A DNA stretch of 64,000 nt, taken from Azolla caroliniana. Lineage: Eukaryota; Plantae; Polypodiophyta. Every line of letters begins with the position of its first letter. The stretch's first letter is position 1. The notes under the pieces were generated by a model. It was not told the origin of the DNA, ran no database searches, and was given only the letters and a program-made list of their open reading frames with translations. Below, one piece after another: positions 36,837 to 50,845 of the stretch. The stretch is taken from contig JBHGNT010000021.1 in the NCBI GenBank assembly GCA_043228905.1, positions 7,502,001 to 7,566,000 of the forward strand. The letters run 5' to 3'. The position numbers were made by a program, and so were the translations under genes.

Positions 36837-39800
36837 CTTAGCCATGGAGAAAGACATATTTTTGTCTTAATTTATGCCCCAAAAGATTTGCTGAAATTTT
36901 GGATATACATGAAGGCAATGATTGACGTCTTTGTAGAACAAAACAAGCTTACAATTGATTGATGCACTGCACACCTTAAGCTATCTTTGCTTGCTATATG
37001 CCAGCTTATTATAGCTATTTGTACATATGGAAGCCAAGTATTCCTGTATTTGGGAGCATGCCCTGATTTTGCAACATGTTAGTAACAAGCATTGAAATGG
37101 TCATGGGAAAGAGCTTAGCTTTTTTAGCAAGCAATCCAGCATTGAACTAACATGATATGATGGCCACCATCTAAGATGTGCTCTTTGTAGTGGTTATTAT
37201 GAAGTGTATGCTTGTAATATGCAGGACAACAATGTTTGTACGACAATGATGAGTTGGAACTACTAGTGAAGTAATGTCTTTCGTCTCGGCTTAGAGCACA
37301 ACAATTCCCCTTCCGATCTTCTACCAAATTAATCTCTCGCAGCCTCCGATTATTCGTACATGTTCGTATTGAAAGGAAAGTTGGTCGATGGCCGATCTTT
37401 AAAGAACAATAAAAACTCGCATAATGTACATGAGTTAAGTCTGGGCCCCATTGTACACACAGGATGAGAGAGATGAACATGCAATGTTCAAACTTTACTC
37501 ACTTGTCCCCTAATTTGTTTTGTATGGCTACAATGTTTATTGTTGAGTGGATTTGATTGGTATTCATGCTGTTTTTATTTTGCAAGGGAAGCTTTATATA
37601 GCGAGTGGTGGTGACTCATTAAAATTTCTGTTGACATGTAATAAAAGGTGCGATTCTTGAAGGCAAGGTTTTTAATGACCAAGACTTTTGGCCGTTCCAT
37701 GTCGGAGCTTATGTCTGATTCCTCCATATGTGCTTGAAATGGCTTGATTTGTATGGTGTGGAAGCAATTTGCATGCCCATTTCATTTGCGTTCGATATGT
37801 GCCATCATGCATGCTTGTTTTTGTAATGCACCATCATGTTTATGTAACATGCTCACAACTAATTGGTACGAGTTTGCATTGTATGAATATGGATCATTGG
37901 TGATTTTCAAACTCTCGCAGCAAGGAAAGTTTCAAAGTTTTCTTGCATTGGCTGTATATTAAATGTACTTGATGAGTTTGAGAAATATCAGTATCTGCCC
38001 TTGGTAAGTTTTGTTTATTTATAAGTTTAAACCAATAAAACTCTTAAAGCACAATAGTAACCTTAAACTGACACTGACTTTTTACACATTTCTTATTTAT
38101 ACCAACTGATTAATCATCAAACGACAATGCCAACTCGTAAAATTGGATGTTGATTAAGAATGATAAATTTCTAGCTATCTAGCAGTGTGCACTATTTGTG
38201 TGGATTAGCATTATCAAAGTGATTGTCAATTATACATTGTAATTTGTCGGTATAAAATCAACATGAGAATTATCCATACAAATATTGCAATACTTGAATG
38301 TACATTTTATTATCACCTACATATATGAATAGATTCCGATCACATGGAAATATTTATTTATTTAGTGTGCATGTGAAGAAAAACAAAGACCCAAGTACCT
38401 AAAAGGTGACCACATACCTTCCAAGACAAATTGTGAAACTTGCATTCTAGGGATCAACATGTTATGGCCAAGGATGGTTTGCTAAGTGCTTGACTCCATG
38501 AATGGATTATATAACGAATTCCAAAGTGATGCTTTTGCTATTTCGAAGAAACCCACACCCTTGAATGGGCATTCAATGGTTGGTGTGAAATTGAGACACT
38601 TGGAATGCTTATGAGGCCACAATTGAGGAGGGAGCCTTTTGACCATTTGGCTAGTTCGTGTAAACATAAATGGAGATACCCATGATGCGCCCAGTCAGAC
38701 ATGGATTCTCAATCCGAAGGTCATGAATCACAACATAGGAGAATCCAATACAAATAGTGGTAAGGTAGTGTGAAAAACATGAACGGGTTGTTTCGCCTCT
38801 TTAGGATTGTCTTTTGAAAGCCAATGCTATCGTTTTCAATCCTGAGGGTTGTGGATAGTGCATTTATAAAGCCATAACATTAGGTGCAAAGTGCTCTTGT
38901 GCATGTTCTCATATTAACAAAGTGAAAATGTTACATCAGGTCCCATCACTTGAGAGTTGAAGTTTGAACCCAAACATGAAGGTTATAGAGCACACACAAT
39001 TGGCATAGTAGGTGTGATATGTCTACGGCAAACATCTGAAATAGTTCATGGTATAATTCTTGACATCCAATTGCTTTCTCACTTATTCACAACCTACATA
39101 TGGAACTTGCCTTATTGTGGCAACATATGTATAATAGATGGATCAACATTGTCTGCTCTATAGCTTGTTTGATTCCCATTGTATGTATTTACTTATTAAT
39201 TCAATGTGTAAAGGCAATGATTACACAATTGGTGTTAGCTTGAATGTCTGGTTTAAAAACACATTTCATTTATTTGAGAAGTAGAATGGAATGCACGAAG
39301 TGCTTGTGTATAGCAATGAATGGATGATATTTGTTTCCATTTTTTTGTAGAATTTAACATCTGACATGAAATTTGAACAAACAAGCTCTTTTGTTCCTTC
39401 TTATTTTTCAAACCAATAACTTATCCCAAGTACTTGAATGCATACTTGAAGTAGTCAGATCTACTCCAATGATCACAAATGAATTGAAACTCATTGTCTC
39501 TCTAGAGAACAAAAAATAGAACATGGTTGGCAACTTTTGTACATATGGCAAAACCTGACCCTTCTCTTCCATTAACCTTACATCACATTGCAACACTTTT
39601 TCCTAGCATGAATCGACATAAGTGTACGTACCTACCTTTAGAAAACTTTCATTTCATCAACATTAAGAAGTTGTAACGGATAATAATTCTTTACATGCAT
39701 ACCTTTAAAGACTTCAATTAGTAGCTCTTGTATGGACACTTACAAAATCCTTAACATCCTACACTCTTTAAATACACAATAGATATGTTTCTTAGTGTTA

Positions 39801-42800
39801 ACTTTGAGAAAGATTTAAGCTTTAACACCTTCACGTTCATTCATGTATTTCCATGCATGTGTGTAGATGTACATTAGTATCTATGTTTGTACAATCATAA
39901 ATATGAAAGCTAATTTAATTGATACACAAGTGCAAGTAATTACTAACTAGGCTTGTCCATTACCCATGCGAAAATATATCTTACGCGAACAAACATGTAT
40001 ACATATATAACGTATGCTTGTTATAAAGATTTTAATGCCTTCGACTTATACGCTTCCCCTTTTATGATCCCAATTTCTTGAAACCAATGAACCAAATACC
40101 ACACATATTTCAATGTTTTTTCTTCTCCTTGGATGGTCCATAAACCTCTTTTCATTTTCCTATTTGACAATATTGGATTCAGTGGCCCCTTGGAACTTGA
40201 GTCTCACCTCCGCTTTTGGTCTAAAAGTAGTCATTAACTTCCAAAAACTTGTATCTCGTCTTTTAATGTTGGATACATATATTATATGTCTAAGGTTGAG
40301 ATCATGTTTCCATCACGAGTAATAATAATTATCCTATAAAACATAATCCAATCACATGATAACTTGAAGTGGCCAATAAGACGTCACATTGCATCGAAGC
40401 TCAATAACACATTCCTCATATTGAATACATACTCATTGGTCTTTCACAAACAAATGACACTTAGAGAGTTAATCTCATGGCTAATGTTGATTTGGGCATA
40501 TGCAAAGCACTCATTTTTGTGGTCATACAACTATCTTAGAACCCAAACATGGAAGACAATACATTAAAAGGCAACCACTATATTCATTGCTTTCTTGGTT
40601 TTGATATTGTTGTAGGATGGAGATTGAGGACAAACTTGCCTTGCCTACACAACAATATGGGGTATAAGACAAAGATAGAAGATTAATTTCAATAGAAAAT
40701 CTATGATCTATGCATGCTTTTACCATGAGGTAAGCTCTATGTGTAAAACTTGAGGAATTAACTCCGATGAAAAGTTGTGTGTGCAATGCATGCAAAAGAG
40801 TTTCCCTTCACCAACCAATGTATTGATTTACACATTTGAAGTCGAAACTCTTATGTGAAAGAAACATTTCTAGCACACAACCCAACCTTGAGAAAAACTG
40901 GTCTAATAAATGGTCACGATTTACTTGGTCACTGTGAAACTCTCATCAATTCAAGTGAAAAAATCTATCAAATTTGCATATGAGCTGAGTGATCATGATG
41001 AGGAAAAAGTACGATTCAAAATACAATACTAGTTTGCAAAGGATTATCATTATGAAACCATTAGCATTCATTACACAATGCCATGATATGTGAAAGTACA
41101 AAATTAAGTTGAAAATTAAACTATCATCAATTGGAAAACATATGTAAGCAAAGGTTGCAAAACATGCCAATCATACTAGTGATGCTTGGAATCTTACCTG
41201 CAAAAAAATATTGACAATTTACCTTTAGAGACAAATCAAGTGGACAAAATATACAATAAAAATTTAGTATAAGCTATATTCATTGAACTAAGCCATGAAA
41301 GCGATGATTGAATCCATTAGAGCTATTTAGCTCTGTGAGAAGAAACCCCTTGAGAACATCTGAAAGAGATAAACATGTACCAATACTCGAAATGGTGAGG
41401 GATGCTAACTTCAAAGAGACGGATCATTCTTCCATCATCGTAACTATATTGCAAATTGTTTGGATTAAGATTTATCATGTTACTTTTTCTCCATAGCTCA
41501 TGATGGAAACAAGAAATCACCTCATATACTAATTTGATTAAATAATTAGAATGTTTCAAGATCACACGATTTATTTCCTAAGACAAAAAATGTATCTTAG
41601 CCTTGATGATGATAAATTTGATGTTGCAAATATCGCGAATGCTCAAAAGACAAATACATACTTGTAATGCATTGAAGAGAAATGAGAAAATATATTCTAT
41701 TTAACTCAAACAAAACATTGCGCGCCAAATTACAATGTGAACTAATTGTGTTTATATGTGTCCTTTTATGAAAGACCATGAATCAACATCATGTTTTTCT
41801 TTGTCTATTATGTGTTTAAAAACGAGTCTACATAAAGCAATTTGTTGAACTATTGGGCTTTACAATTCACGTGTTGGACCAATACACGCACAAACATGTG
41901 TGTATGTGCATACACACTTTTGCAATACATTACATCACACGTAGGAAACCTCAAGAAGAGATGAAAAACCACCAAACATGAATACATTGTTCAAGAAATT
42001 AAAAGCAATAAAATAAAAGAACATAAAGATGCTATGGGACATTATGCGAAGTATTGAAAGCATGTAGAGACAATCATAGCTAATATATGGATCTATAATG
42101 GCTTGATTATAATTGACTTGTTCGTATGAAACTCATAGTGCTTATACAATCCATAATATGACTCAAGTGAAAACCATTGTGTATAATTGGAGACTCAAAC
42201 TGAATATCCAAAAATCCCAAACAAATATTTTCAAAATCTATGACCAACTAATGTCGGTCGCAATCAATGTTTAATTTGTGTTAGAATACTATATGTTATG
42301 TACACATACCGTTGGTGAGGGTAGGTCACTAATATTTACATTAGTGAAGGGTATATTCACTAATGTTAAAAAGGGAACTAATGATTGGATAGAAGGAATG
42401 ATAGGTGCATGCACTATCATGATTTGGACAACCAATGAATGGAGAGCCTTTTAGAAAGGCACATCTATTCAAGGGGCCTAGGAAAAGATATAAATATGAG
42501 GCTTAGCTACCCCCATAAGGACATTATGTCGGAAGGCTGTTGTCTTAGACACCGGTGGTGCGGGCTAGGCTTTCGTCTCGACAATCATGTTTATCTCTTC
42601 CAAGGTATTAGTCATCCTAATATCCGGCGGTATGGGACGTCGGTGGTAGGTTGGCTATCTCTAGATCATAGCTTGGGGGTGGTCGGGTGGAACGGGTTCT
42701 TTTATTCAATCTATTTTCCTTCTTTTACTTTACTTTGGTCTATTAATTAGTAATAGACTCTTAACACTATGTGTGATTGTCCAATTACAAAATAAATGTA

Positions 42801-43069
42801 ACATACTATCATTCGTTTGTCCACATTGTTTGCAAGTTGCTTGTATGTTTTCCTTCCTTTTGATGTTTTGTACTCCAAAAATATATCAATTTTCATATGG
42901 GGCCAAGCAGTAAGAGGGGAGAAGTATTGAATGCAAGTCAAATATTGATTGTGTGGCTCAATCCAATATGTGGTGCCGCATGGATAACTTCAAGTGTTAC
43001 AATTTTCTATTGATGCTCTATAGTACATATAGATTTTTAACTGACTCATTAAATTTACTATTTGTCATG

Positions 43070-43830
43070 GTAAAAAAAGAGAATGCCATTCGTAAATGAA
43101 AAGGTTTTACTTTGTGATTCAGTGCATCCTTGTGGAAGGCATGGTGTGACATTAGACGAGGGCTCAAGTGCGATCACCCGAGTTCCGAACCTGCCTGGCT
43201 CAGTCAACGTATCCTATGGAACCCATGTATCAAGGATGAATCTAATCAACTACTTGGATCAAGTAAAGGGTTGTCATGGGGATACATTGTAGAAGGTCCA
43301 AGAAAAAGTATAGAATGTTGGAGACGGTTTATGTAACCGCCATTACAAGATCAAGCCAACATACTCCATGGAATCAGGGGCGGATGGGCTATGAGATCGG
43401 AAATCATTAACGCTCTACTGATTAGGGAAGCTGCTACTCAAAGGACAACAATGGAGAAATGGATAGGCTATGAGGAGGAGGGATCTTTGATCCTGAGAGG
43501 TAGGGGAACACCAGACAGGATCGAAGGCTTTGAATTGCGAGACATTGAGACACCAACACAGAATAACGCAATTCAAGTACTCATGTACACTGGTCATAAA
43601 TGGATTGTAGATCCTGATCCGATCAAAGTACAACCCGATTGGCACATATGTACTCATGAAAATACATGACTATGTAAGGTCAGTTGGGACCCTTTGCAAT
43701 GGACATGGTGTGATCCTTACACGGGGCAAGGAAGCAAACCCATCCCTTGCAATGGTCGTCCTCTCCCTTTCTTGAGTCAGTGGGCATCCACATGAGATGG
43801 AACTATCACATCCCTACAAGGATTTGTACA
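43070..43830 (+). mobile_element. Degenerate L1-like LINE ORF2 remnant (tentative)
   Basis: Patchy Trp-rich reading frames (43083-43292, 43391-43669, then ...SWDPLQWTWCDP) in otherwise AT-rich DNA. No catalytic motif seen. Confidence 0.3.
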
Positions 43831-44888
43831 TAATAATATCATTTGTAAAATTTTATAACTAATGGAAGGAGTTTTTTTTTGGAAAAAAAAGAAAAGAAAA
43901 GTTAGTGAACCACCTTGGCATGACTACTTTGATAGTGACCCTGCATTTATCAATTCTTGATCATGAATTTTAGGGAACATTAACAATGTTTGTGAATTTT
44001 ATCCAAATCCAAGTTTATGCATAGTTTGAGCTATATAATCCCGTTACTATCAAAAGTTTTCAATTTTAATTTACATTACCTAAACAACTTTTTCTTACAT
44101 TTAGCATTTTCCAAAGCTAATATATCAATTGACACTACTGTGTGCTACATCGAGTAGTTTCATGTTGGTTTGGGTCCAAAGTTTTGTATAAAACAACTTT
44201 CCATTTAGTGCAAAATTAGTTTAGCAAATTGTTCATAAACTCCCAATTTACCCTCAAAGTTATACATAAATGTGTATTTGTGTATGCTTGTCTAAAAATA
44301 TATACATGTGCAAGAATGCAATATGTCATATATCTACGCGTTTATGATTTTTTTGTTTCTTTACACATAAGTGTAGGTTGGATTGATGGTAGCCTCTCAA
44401 TTGCATGTAAAATTCGATTATCACTCATATGCTATTTGAGATCATCTACTAGTATCGATAAGTCTGTATTAATGATCAACCACATCTAGTTAATAGTACG
44501 AATGTCTTCCATAAAAATTTGTAGCAAATGGTTTACTAAGAAATTGCTCCTTTTTACATATGCAAATCTATCATAATCTAGATATTTCATAGCACATGTT
44601 TTTAATGCTAGCTAGGGTAGAAGACTATGGTAAGTGGTTTATGCATGAGTATAGAGATGTACTACACATTGTTGTAGCATCTTTTGATGTTGTTGCCAAA
44701 CTTATTTTTTAAGTTCACGTATTCTTCTTGAGAACCACCTCTATGTCGATGCGTAAGAATGTACATTGCCAATCCTTTTGTTGGAAGATGGACGAGAGTG
44801 AGTGTTGATCACCCTTGAGCTACTAATGTGTAAGCTAACAACTAAAACAAACTCCAATCCTACCATATGACTTAATCATCTTCACATG

Positions 44889-44891
<3 letters not shown>

Positions 44892-44921
<30 letters not shown>
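44892..44921. repeat. (AT)n microsatellite
   Basis: About 15 perfect AT units. Confidence 0.95.
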
Positions 44922-44929
<8 letters not shown>

Positions 44930-45119
44930 TATGAGACTTTGCTACAATCTTAGCACTCGATTAAGGATTAATCAAGAAAGAAACCACTAAAATGATTGTA
45001 TTAGCGCCAAGCACGTAACCCTAAGCACACCTCTAGTATTAGTGGAGTTTTGCCTCTATGCCATTATTGTTGGTGGAGGGATTTAGACCAACGTATACCC
45101 TATTGGTAGTGAAGCATAA

Positions 45120-45785
45120 TGTTATGAACCCTCACTCTCACCTCACTAAGATGACTATAATTAGGAAATTTAACGTTAAGATAGTTTAGACACAAGTATG
45201 CACACACATGGAAACACAGAGTTACACATGGAAATACTAAAACACCTTGATTCAGAAGGAGATCACTGACACATCCAAAAGAGGAGAGCTTCGGGTTTGC
45301 ACTAATTAGAGCTTAACCCTAATAACTCAACTCACACGACTAAATGGGAATAATGGACACATGGGTAAATGGGAATAATGGAGAGAGAGAGAGAGCTCAA
45401 TCTTAGATTATTAAGATCTAGAGAGAATTAAAAATCAAGAAAGAAGCTTAAAAGTCATAAAAATTTGACTTTTATAGTTTTTTACAAGGGATTGTGCCCT
45501 TTCACATTGGGATGATAAAAGGATGATTATGAGTCAAGAAAAATGTGTTGAGCATATATACAATTAACTTTGACGGCAAAGAGGGGATGAGTGGATAAAT
45601 AAGTAAATTCTATTGGGATGAAATAGACAATTGGAGGTGGGCAAAATAAGGTAGCTAGAACCAATGCAAGGAATAAATTCTATGACCCATGGGTCGACGA
45701 CGACGTAAACATGAGAGAACAAATATTAATAAGAACATAACATTTTATTAATGGATTACCATTGAAAGGAAAGGATGTCCTAACA
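45120..45785. mobile_element. Possible isolated LTR
   Basis: Termini TGTTA...TAACA with LTR-like content. No TSD or partner LTR found. Confidence 0.35.
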
Positions 45786-47751
45786 GACATTCATATACCA
45801 CTTGGTTGGATGGCCTTGTAACGATGAAAGTGAGAAAAATGTTTACCTTGTACACCAAGAACTTATGGGCAGACACCATGCTTGTGGTTCATTGGATGAA
45901 CCCATAAGCCATTTTAGGTGTTCCCGTACCCATCCAAGGCTAGAACCATGCGATGAGGTCCTATGCTTGTTGGTAAAAAGATATGGAGGGCCGGGCTACT
46001 AATGACATTTGTCTTTGATTCTATTGAGGTCGATGCACCATATGATTATAATACTCATGCTTAGCATGACATTCACCAATCATATGCGGACCTTGGCAAT
46101 TGAAACCATTTCATTTGGTATGGCATTATAACATTGTTGCACCATTGGTAGGCCTCTATGCTCACTTCTCAATACATAGACCAAGATTTGGTCATTTTCA
46201 ATTTCTATAAAATGAGGTAGGAATTCATCTTCCACGGGTATTCTGTGAACATTGGGTTGTCGTGATCATATGATGTAGATTCCCCTTAACTTGAGCATTT
46301 TCATCAAGATCGCATTCTAATTCCGTTAGACAGGCTCCCACTCACGACAGAGGCCGTTGTTGTAATAAGATTACAGATGGGAATGACAACTAGCTTTGGG
46401 CAACGATCGATTGTGTTGCACTACTAGCCCAATTTGGACATTTTGTTGGGTACTACCCAGAATTTGTCCAGGTGGTGCATAACAAAAAGCATGCACCATT
46501 TGCAATATTGGGGTCTCCATTGGTGCACGTGTAGGCATTCATGGTGTTGATGTAGGTGTTGGGCAACAATTTCTCTCCCTAACAATGGTTTGGAATAGGA
46601 GATGCAACACACTTGTGTCATGATGCATCACTATATTACTTTATAAATGAGTGCTCGCCACAAGCTGGTATTCCCGACACGACCTGGGAGAATTTGCGAT
46701 GTTTCAAGACGTCCACAATCGATTCCTCGAACTATTCCATCGAGAGACAATGTGAACTCTGCGATTTTGGATGAGTATACCTTGGTAGCGGTCAAACGCT
46801 GTGTCGAGTGGTTGGCTTTCCATGTTGAAGAAGGTGCAGATGTCCGATTTTGTGTCAGGTCCATTTGTGTAACATTGGTACAAATAAGGCATGGTGTCGA
46901 AATCTAGATCTTCTGGTAACGCCAGAAAGGTGTTGTATTCGTCTTGGTTGACTTTGGAGGGATTGTGAGGTGAAATGGGGTAAGAACCCACGTTCGACTG
47001 AGTGTTTGGTGCCGGTGGCAGAGAGTGGTGCGACTCAGATAACTGCGATGACGATTGTTGTGTGAGTGTGGATTTGGAAGTGCCCTCGGTGGGATGGTAG
47101 CCAAGAACGTGGGCCACATGTGGGCACCGTAATGGCAACTAGAGTTTCTTTCCTACGCGTTGTTCGTTGTGACATCATAACGTACCAAATTGTGTTATCT
47201 CCCTCTTGGAGAAACAACTTTGACTACTCTCTTGAGTAATCGGGTCAAGGAATCGTGGTTGCGTAGGAAACTAAGGGAGGGCCGAGAAGGACCGAACCGT
47301 ACACGATAATAGGCTACAACTGATTTGCACTCCACGTCTTATAGGTTAAATAACAAAATCGAGAATAGGATTAAGATGAGACAAACACATAGATGACCCA
47401 AATAGAATATGTATTAACCATGAAATAGAAAATATTACAAGAGGTAATACAAACCGATTATAAATTGGTAACTCTCTTTCTTAGTACAGGTCTTCTAATC
47501 TAGATTCTTATCACTCTGGCTCGTCACAAGATATCTTCTCTCTCTTTCCTTCCAGTTCTTAATGATTTATATATCCTACGCGCTTCAACTACTTCCTCCT
47601 GATTCTCGGCCTTTATTCACGGCTGCTTGCATTTCGGTTTACCTTCCGTTTCTCCTTTTCATACTTGACCTACTCATCTACTTTTTAAGATTCATTTCAC
47701 ATCTCGTGCCTTTTGTCCCACGGATAACATGGTGTTCTCCTCATCGCAACA
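45786..47751 (-). mobile_element. Degenerate Ty3/gypsy element (family E): LTR and gag
   Basis: STWKANHSTQRL...KIAEFTLSLDG (46631-46864) matches the gag at 63213-63533. LTR 47751->47193 begins TGTTG and has the same AACA-CAATT-TGG LTR/PBS junction as 62884-62895. Confidence 0.7.
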
Positions 47752-47949
47752 ACGCATTCCAATGGGATACACAATGTCTACGGTGGCAAACGGATGTACC
47801 CAGTTCATATATGAGGAGGTGGAGGCAATGTAGTCTGAGCCAAGAGGGAGAGGTTGTCCTCTTGCCAAGATCATTGGTATTTTGGTTGGGTGGCAAGCAA
47901 GGAGGTTAGTCTCAAACACATTGGTTTCTAACAAGTCATCCATGAGTGG

Positions 47950-48652
47950 GCGTCCTTCTTATTCGTGGATCTTTTGTGAGTAGACTTGAATACAGAAGGT
48001 CTTGTTCACTTTGCGCATGTAGGTTGTGTTAGTACCTAAATCCATGACCAATAAACTTACTTGAAGGAAAGGTAGCCTAAGTAGACACTCAGAGGTGACA
48101 TGGTTGGTGGGCCTTATGAGGGCGAATGTGAGGGCAAACTCAACACTGTATTTTGTGAAGTTATGCACAAGTAGCACGCCTTTAGGTCTTTGTATAGACC
48201 CATTTGCCAACAGTCATAGCTAGTCATACCTACACTCACTCCCGAATAGATTACGATAAGAGTAGTTGTGTTATTTACATATATAGAGAGGGTGAATCTT
48301 GTTTCATATCTTGAAATGCGCTCCAAAGGTGTCGACTATTTGGAGATCGTCATCATGCTAGTTGACAATGTCTATATTGAGCAGGTTCGAGAGGATTGGT
48401 TCCCCATACCTGGTTGAGAGTTCGCCATTTAGCCGTCGGAGTGTCAACTTGACTTTCTTAGATAACATGCGGTTAAAACTTGAGTCAATTTTTATGAGCG
48501 TAAGCTTGACTTTCTTAGATAATATGTGGTTAAAACTCAAGGAACGATGGTGTTATTCCTCTTCTTGATGGAGTGACTTAATGTACTCATCTACCTTTTG
48601 CTTTTCTTCAATGGGGTTTGGGTAATCGGTGGTGAGGTGTGCAGATAATCCT
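47950..48652 (-). mobile_element. Degenerate gypsy-like gag/protease remnant containing a 57-bp tandem duplication
   Basis: TLIVIYSGVSVGMTSYDCWQMG resembles a decayed aspartic-protease D(S/T)G region. CTTGACTTTCTTAGATAA repeats at 48448 and 48505. Confidence 0.35.
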
Positions 48653-50845
48653 TGTTGAGAGATCAAGCTCAACTTAGTTTAGTTAGTTAGACAACACATG
48701 TAACTTAGTAGTTACCTAGATAGAATCTAGTTAGTGTGTTGACCATAAAGGCTTATATAGGATTTTGTACTTGAGTGGGATACATTGTACATTCACCACT
48801 CCATGCTCATTTAATATAGGACTTACATGTTGTACCTATATTCTCCTAGCACATTTGCACCCTTGCACATGAAACCTATATATACCTCATTGAAGGTATT
48901 TTTGTATTTGATGATAGTTGATAATACTTACCTTTTAATATACTTTATCATCCCCCATCTTGTTTTTGTGTTCATAAGTGTACTTCTCTCTCTCTTCCTC
49001 TCGCGCACACATACACGCACATATCACTTAATCTTCCGCTATGTAATCACATAATTAGGTAATGATTATTCCTTAATTAATCACCTAATTCTTAACATGG
49101 TATCAGAGCGTGTGGTTTAGCATATCGACTAAGCCCACCCGACACTCCGTGATTGTGTGTTCAAAACGCCGATGACAAATTCCGGCCATCCGCTATCGTA
49201 GTGCTGCTACATAGCACAAGTACGTGATCGAAGAAAGAAGAGCCAACAAGGAAGACACAAAACAACATGAACACACAAATGGGTAGCTCGTTCCCTAGCA
49301 AAAAGCTAGACCAGAGCAATTATTCATCTTGGGAGTACAAGATGACCCAATACCTCGTCGGCCAAGGGTATTGGAGCTACATCAACGACGCACTCGAGAA
49401 CAAGCCCGACAACACAAACGCCAACTACCCAACGTGGGAGCAAGGAGCGAGTCGGGTAATGTATTGCTTGGCAACATGTGTCCACGACCATATGCTTAGC
49501 CACATTCGAGACACTAAGACGCCTAAAGAGGCGTGGGAGAACTTAAAGAAAATGTTCGCCACCAACACGACCGCCCGCAAACAAACTTCAACTCTGGCAA
49601 GAGTTGAAGAACATTCAGCAAAAAGATATGTCTGTGATACACCACCAAAATCAAGAGCATTTGTGACTCGCTTGGCTCCATCAACATAAACGTCGACGAA
49701 GACGAGATGGTTCAAGTATGCTTGGGCGGCCTCGCACAACGATTTGATCCACTACGGACGACAATCTTGGCGAGAGAAAGCCCTCCTTCTTTCTTCGACC
49801 TCCAATCGATGTTATTGGTTGAAGAAAACCACGTCCGAACCAAAAGCAAGGCACTAGAAGCACAAATGTTCTTCTCGAATTTGGACGGTGGTCGAGGAAG
49901 AGGTCGTGGCGGTAGAAGAGGAAGCCATTGAGGAACCTTCGAAAGAAGGGGGAGCTTCCAAGCCGAACAAGGTCGGCAAACGAGGCCCGAAACTTGCAAT
50001 TATTGCGGCAAAATCGGCCACTATGAGGCGGAGTGTCGGAAAAAAAGAAGCGAGTCGGCATCGACAAGCCAACAACTCACAAACGACGCCAACAACTCCG
50101 AATACGAGGATTACAACGGACTCTTCGTAATGCGGCATAGAGCGAACTCTATGACAGCCTCCGACTCCGCAAGCATCTCCAATCCGGAAGATGTGTGGTT
50201 CGTAGATTCCGGCGCCTCACATCACATGACATCCCACGAAGAGTGGTTTCACTATTTACGAACGCCGGATCCACCCGGCTTTATAGAGACGGGAGGCGAC
50301 ACCACGCATCCCATTCGGCACATCGGCAATGTCCCATTCGGGAAAGAAGGCGAGCAAACTTGCATCAAGAATGTCTTGCACGTGCCCACAATAACAAAGA
50401 ATTTGGTCTAGGTCGGCCAAATCGTGGAGCAAGGCATGCAAGTCCGCTTCACCAAAGAAGGATGCTTCATCGAGAAAGATGGTCGAGTCGTAGCTAAGGG
50501 GCGGAGAGAAGGCCGGATGTTCATCCTCGATTTGAACGAGGTGAAATCGGCAATGTACGCTAAAGGTCTCAAAAACGAGACGAACATCGAGTTGTGGCAC
50601 AAAAGAATAGACCACATCAACCTCCAACGGCTCCGAGCTATGCAAACAAAGGGAGTCGTCTTCGGACTTCTGACATTCGAGTCGAAATGAGTCGACCGAG
50701 TATGCGAAGTGTGTCAACTCGGCAAACAACATCGACTCCCATTCCCGAAGGAGAGCCACGCGAGTAAAGGCCTCCTCGACGTCGTACACTCGGATGTATG
50801 GGGACCGGCTCAAACACCGATGATCGGCGGATGCCGATACTACGT

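Noticed and set aside
37000-43000. Genes or a DNA transposase (e.g. CVCNAC...HL near 40775-40845)
   Set aside because: AT-rich with only short ORFs and frequent stops; no catalytic motif or TIR could be established by eye.
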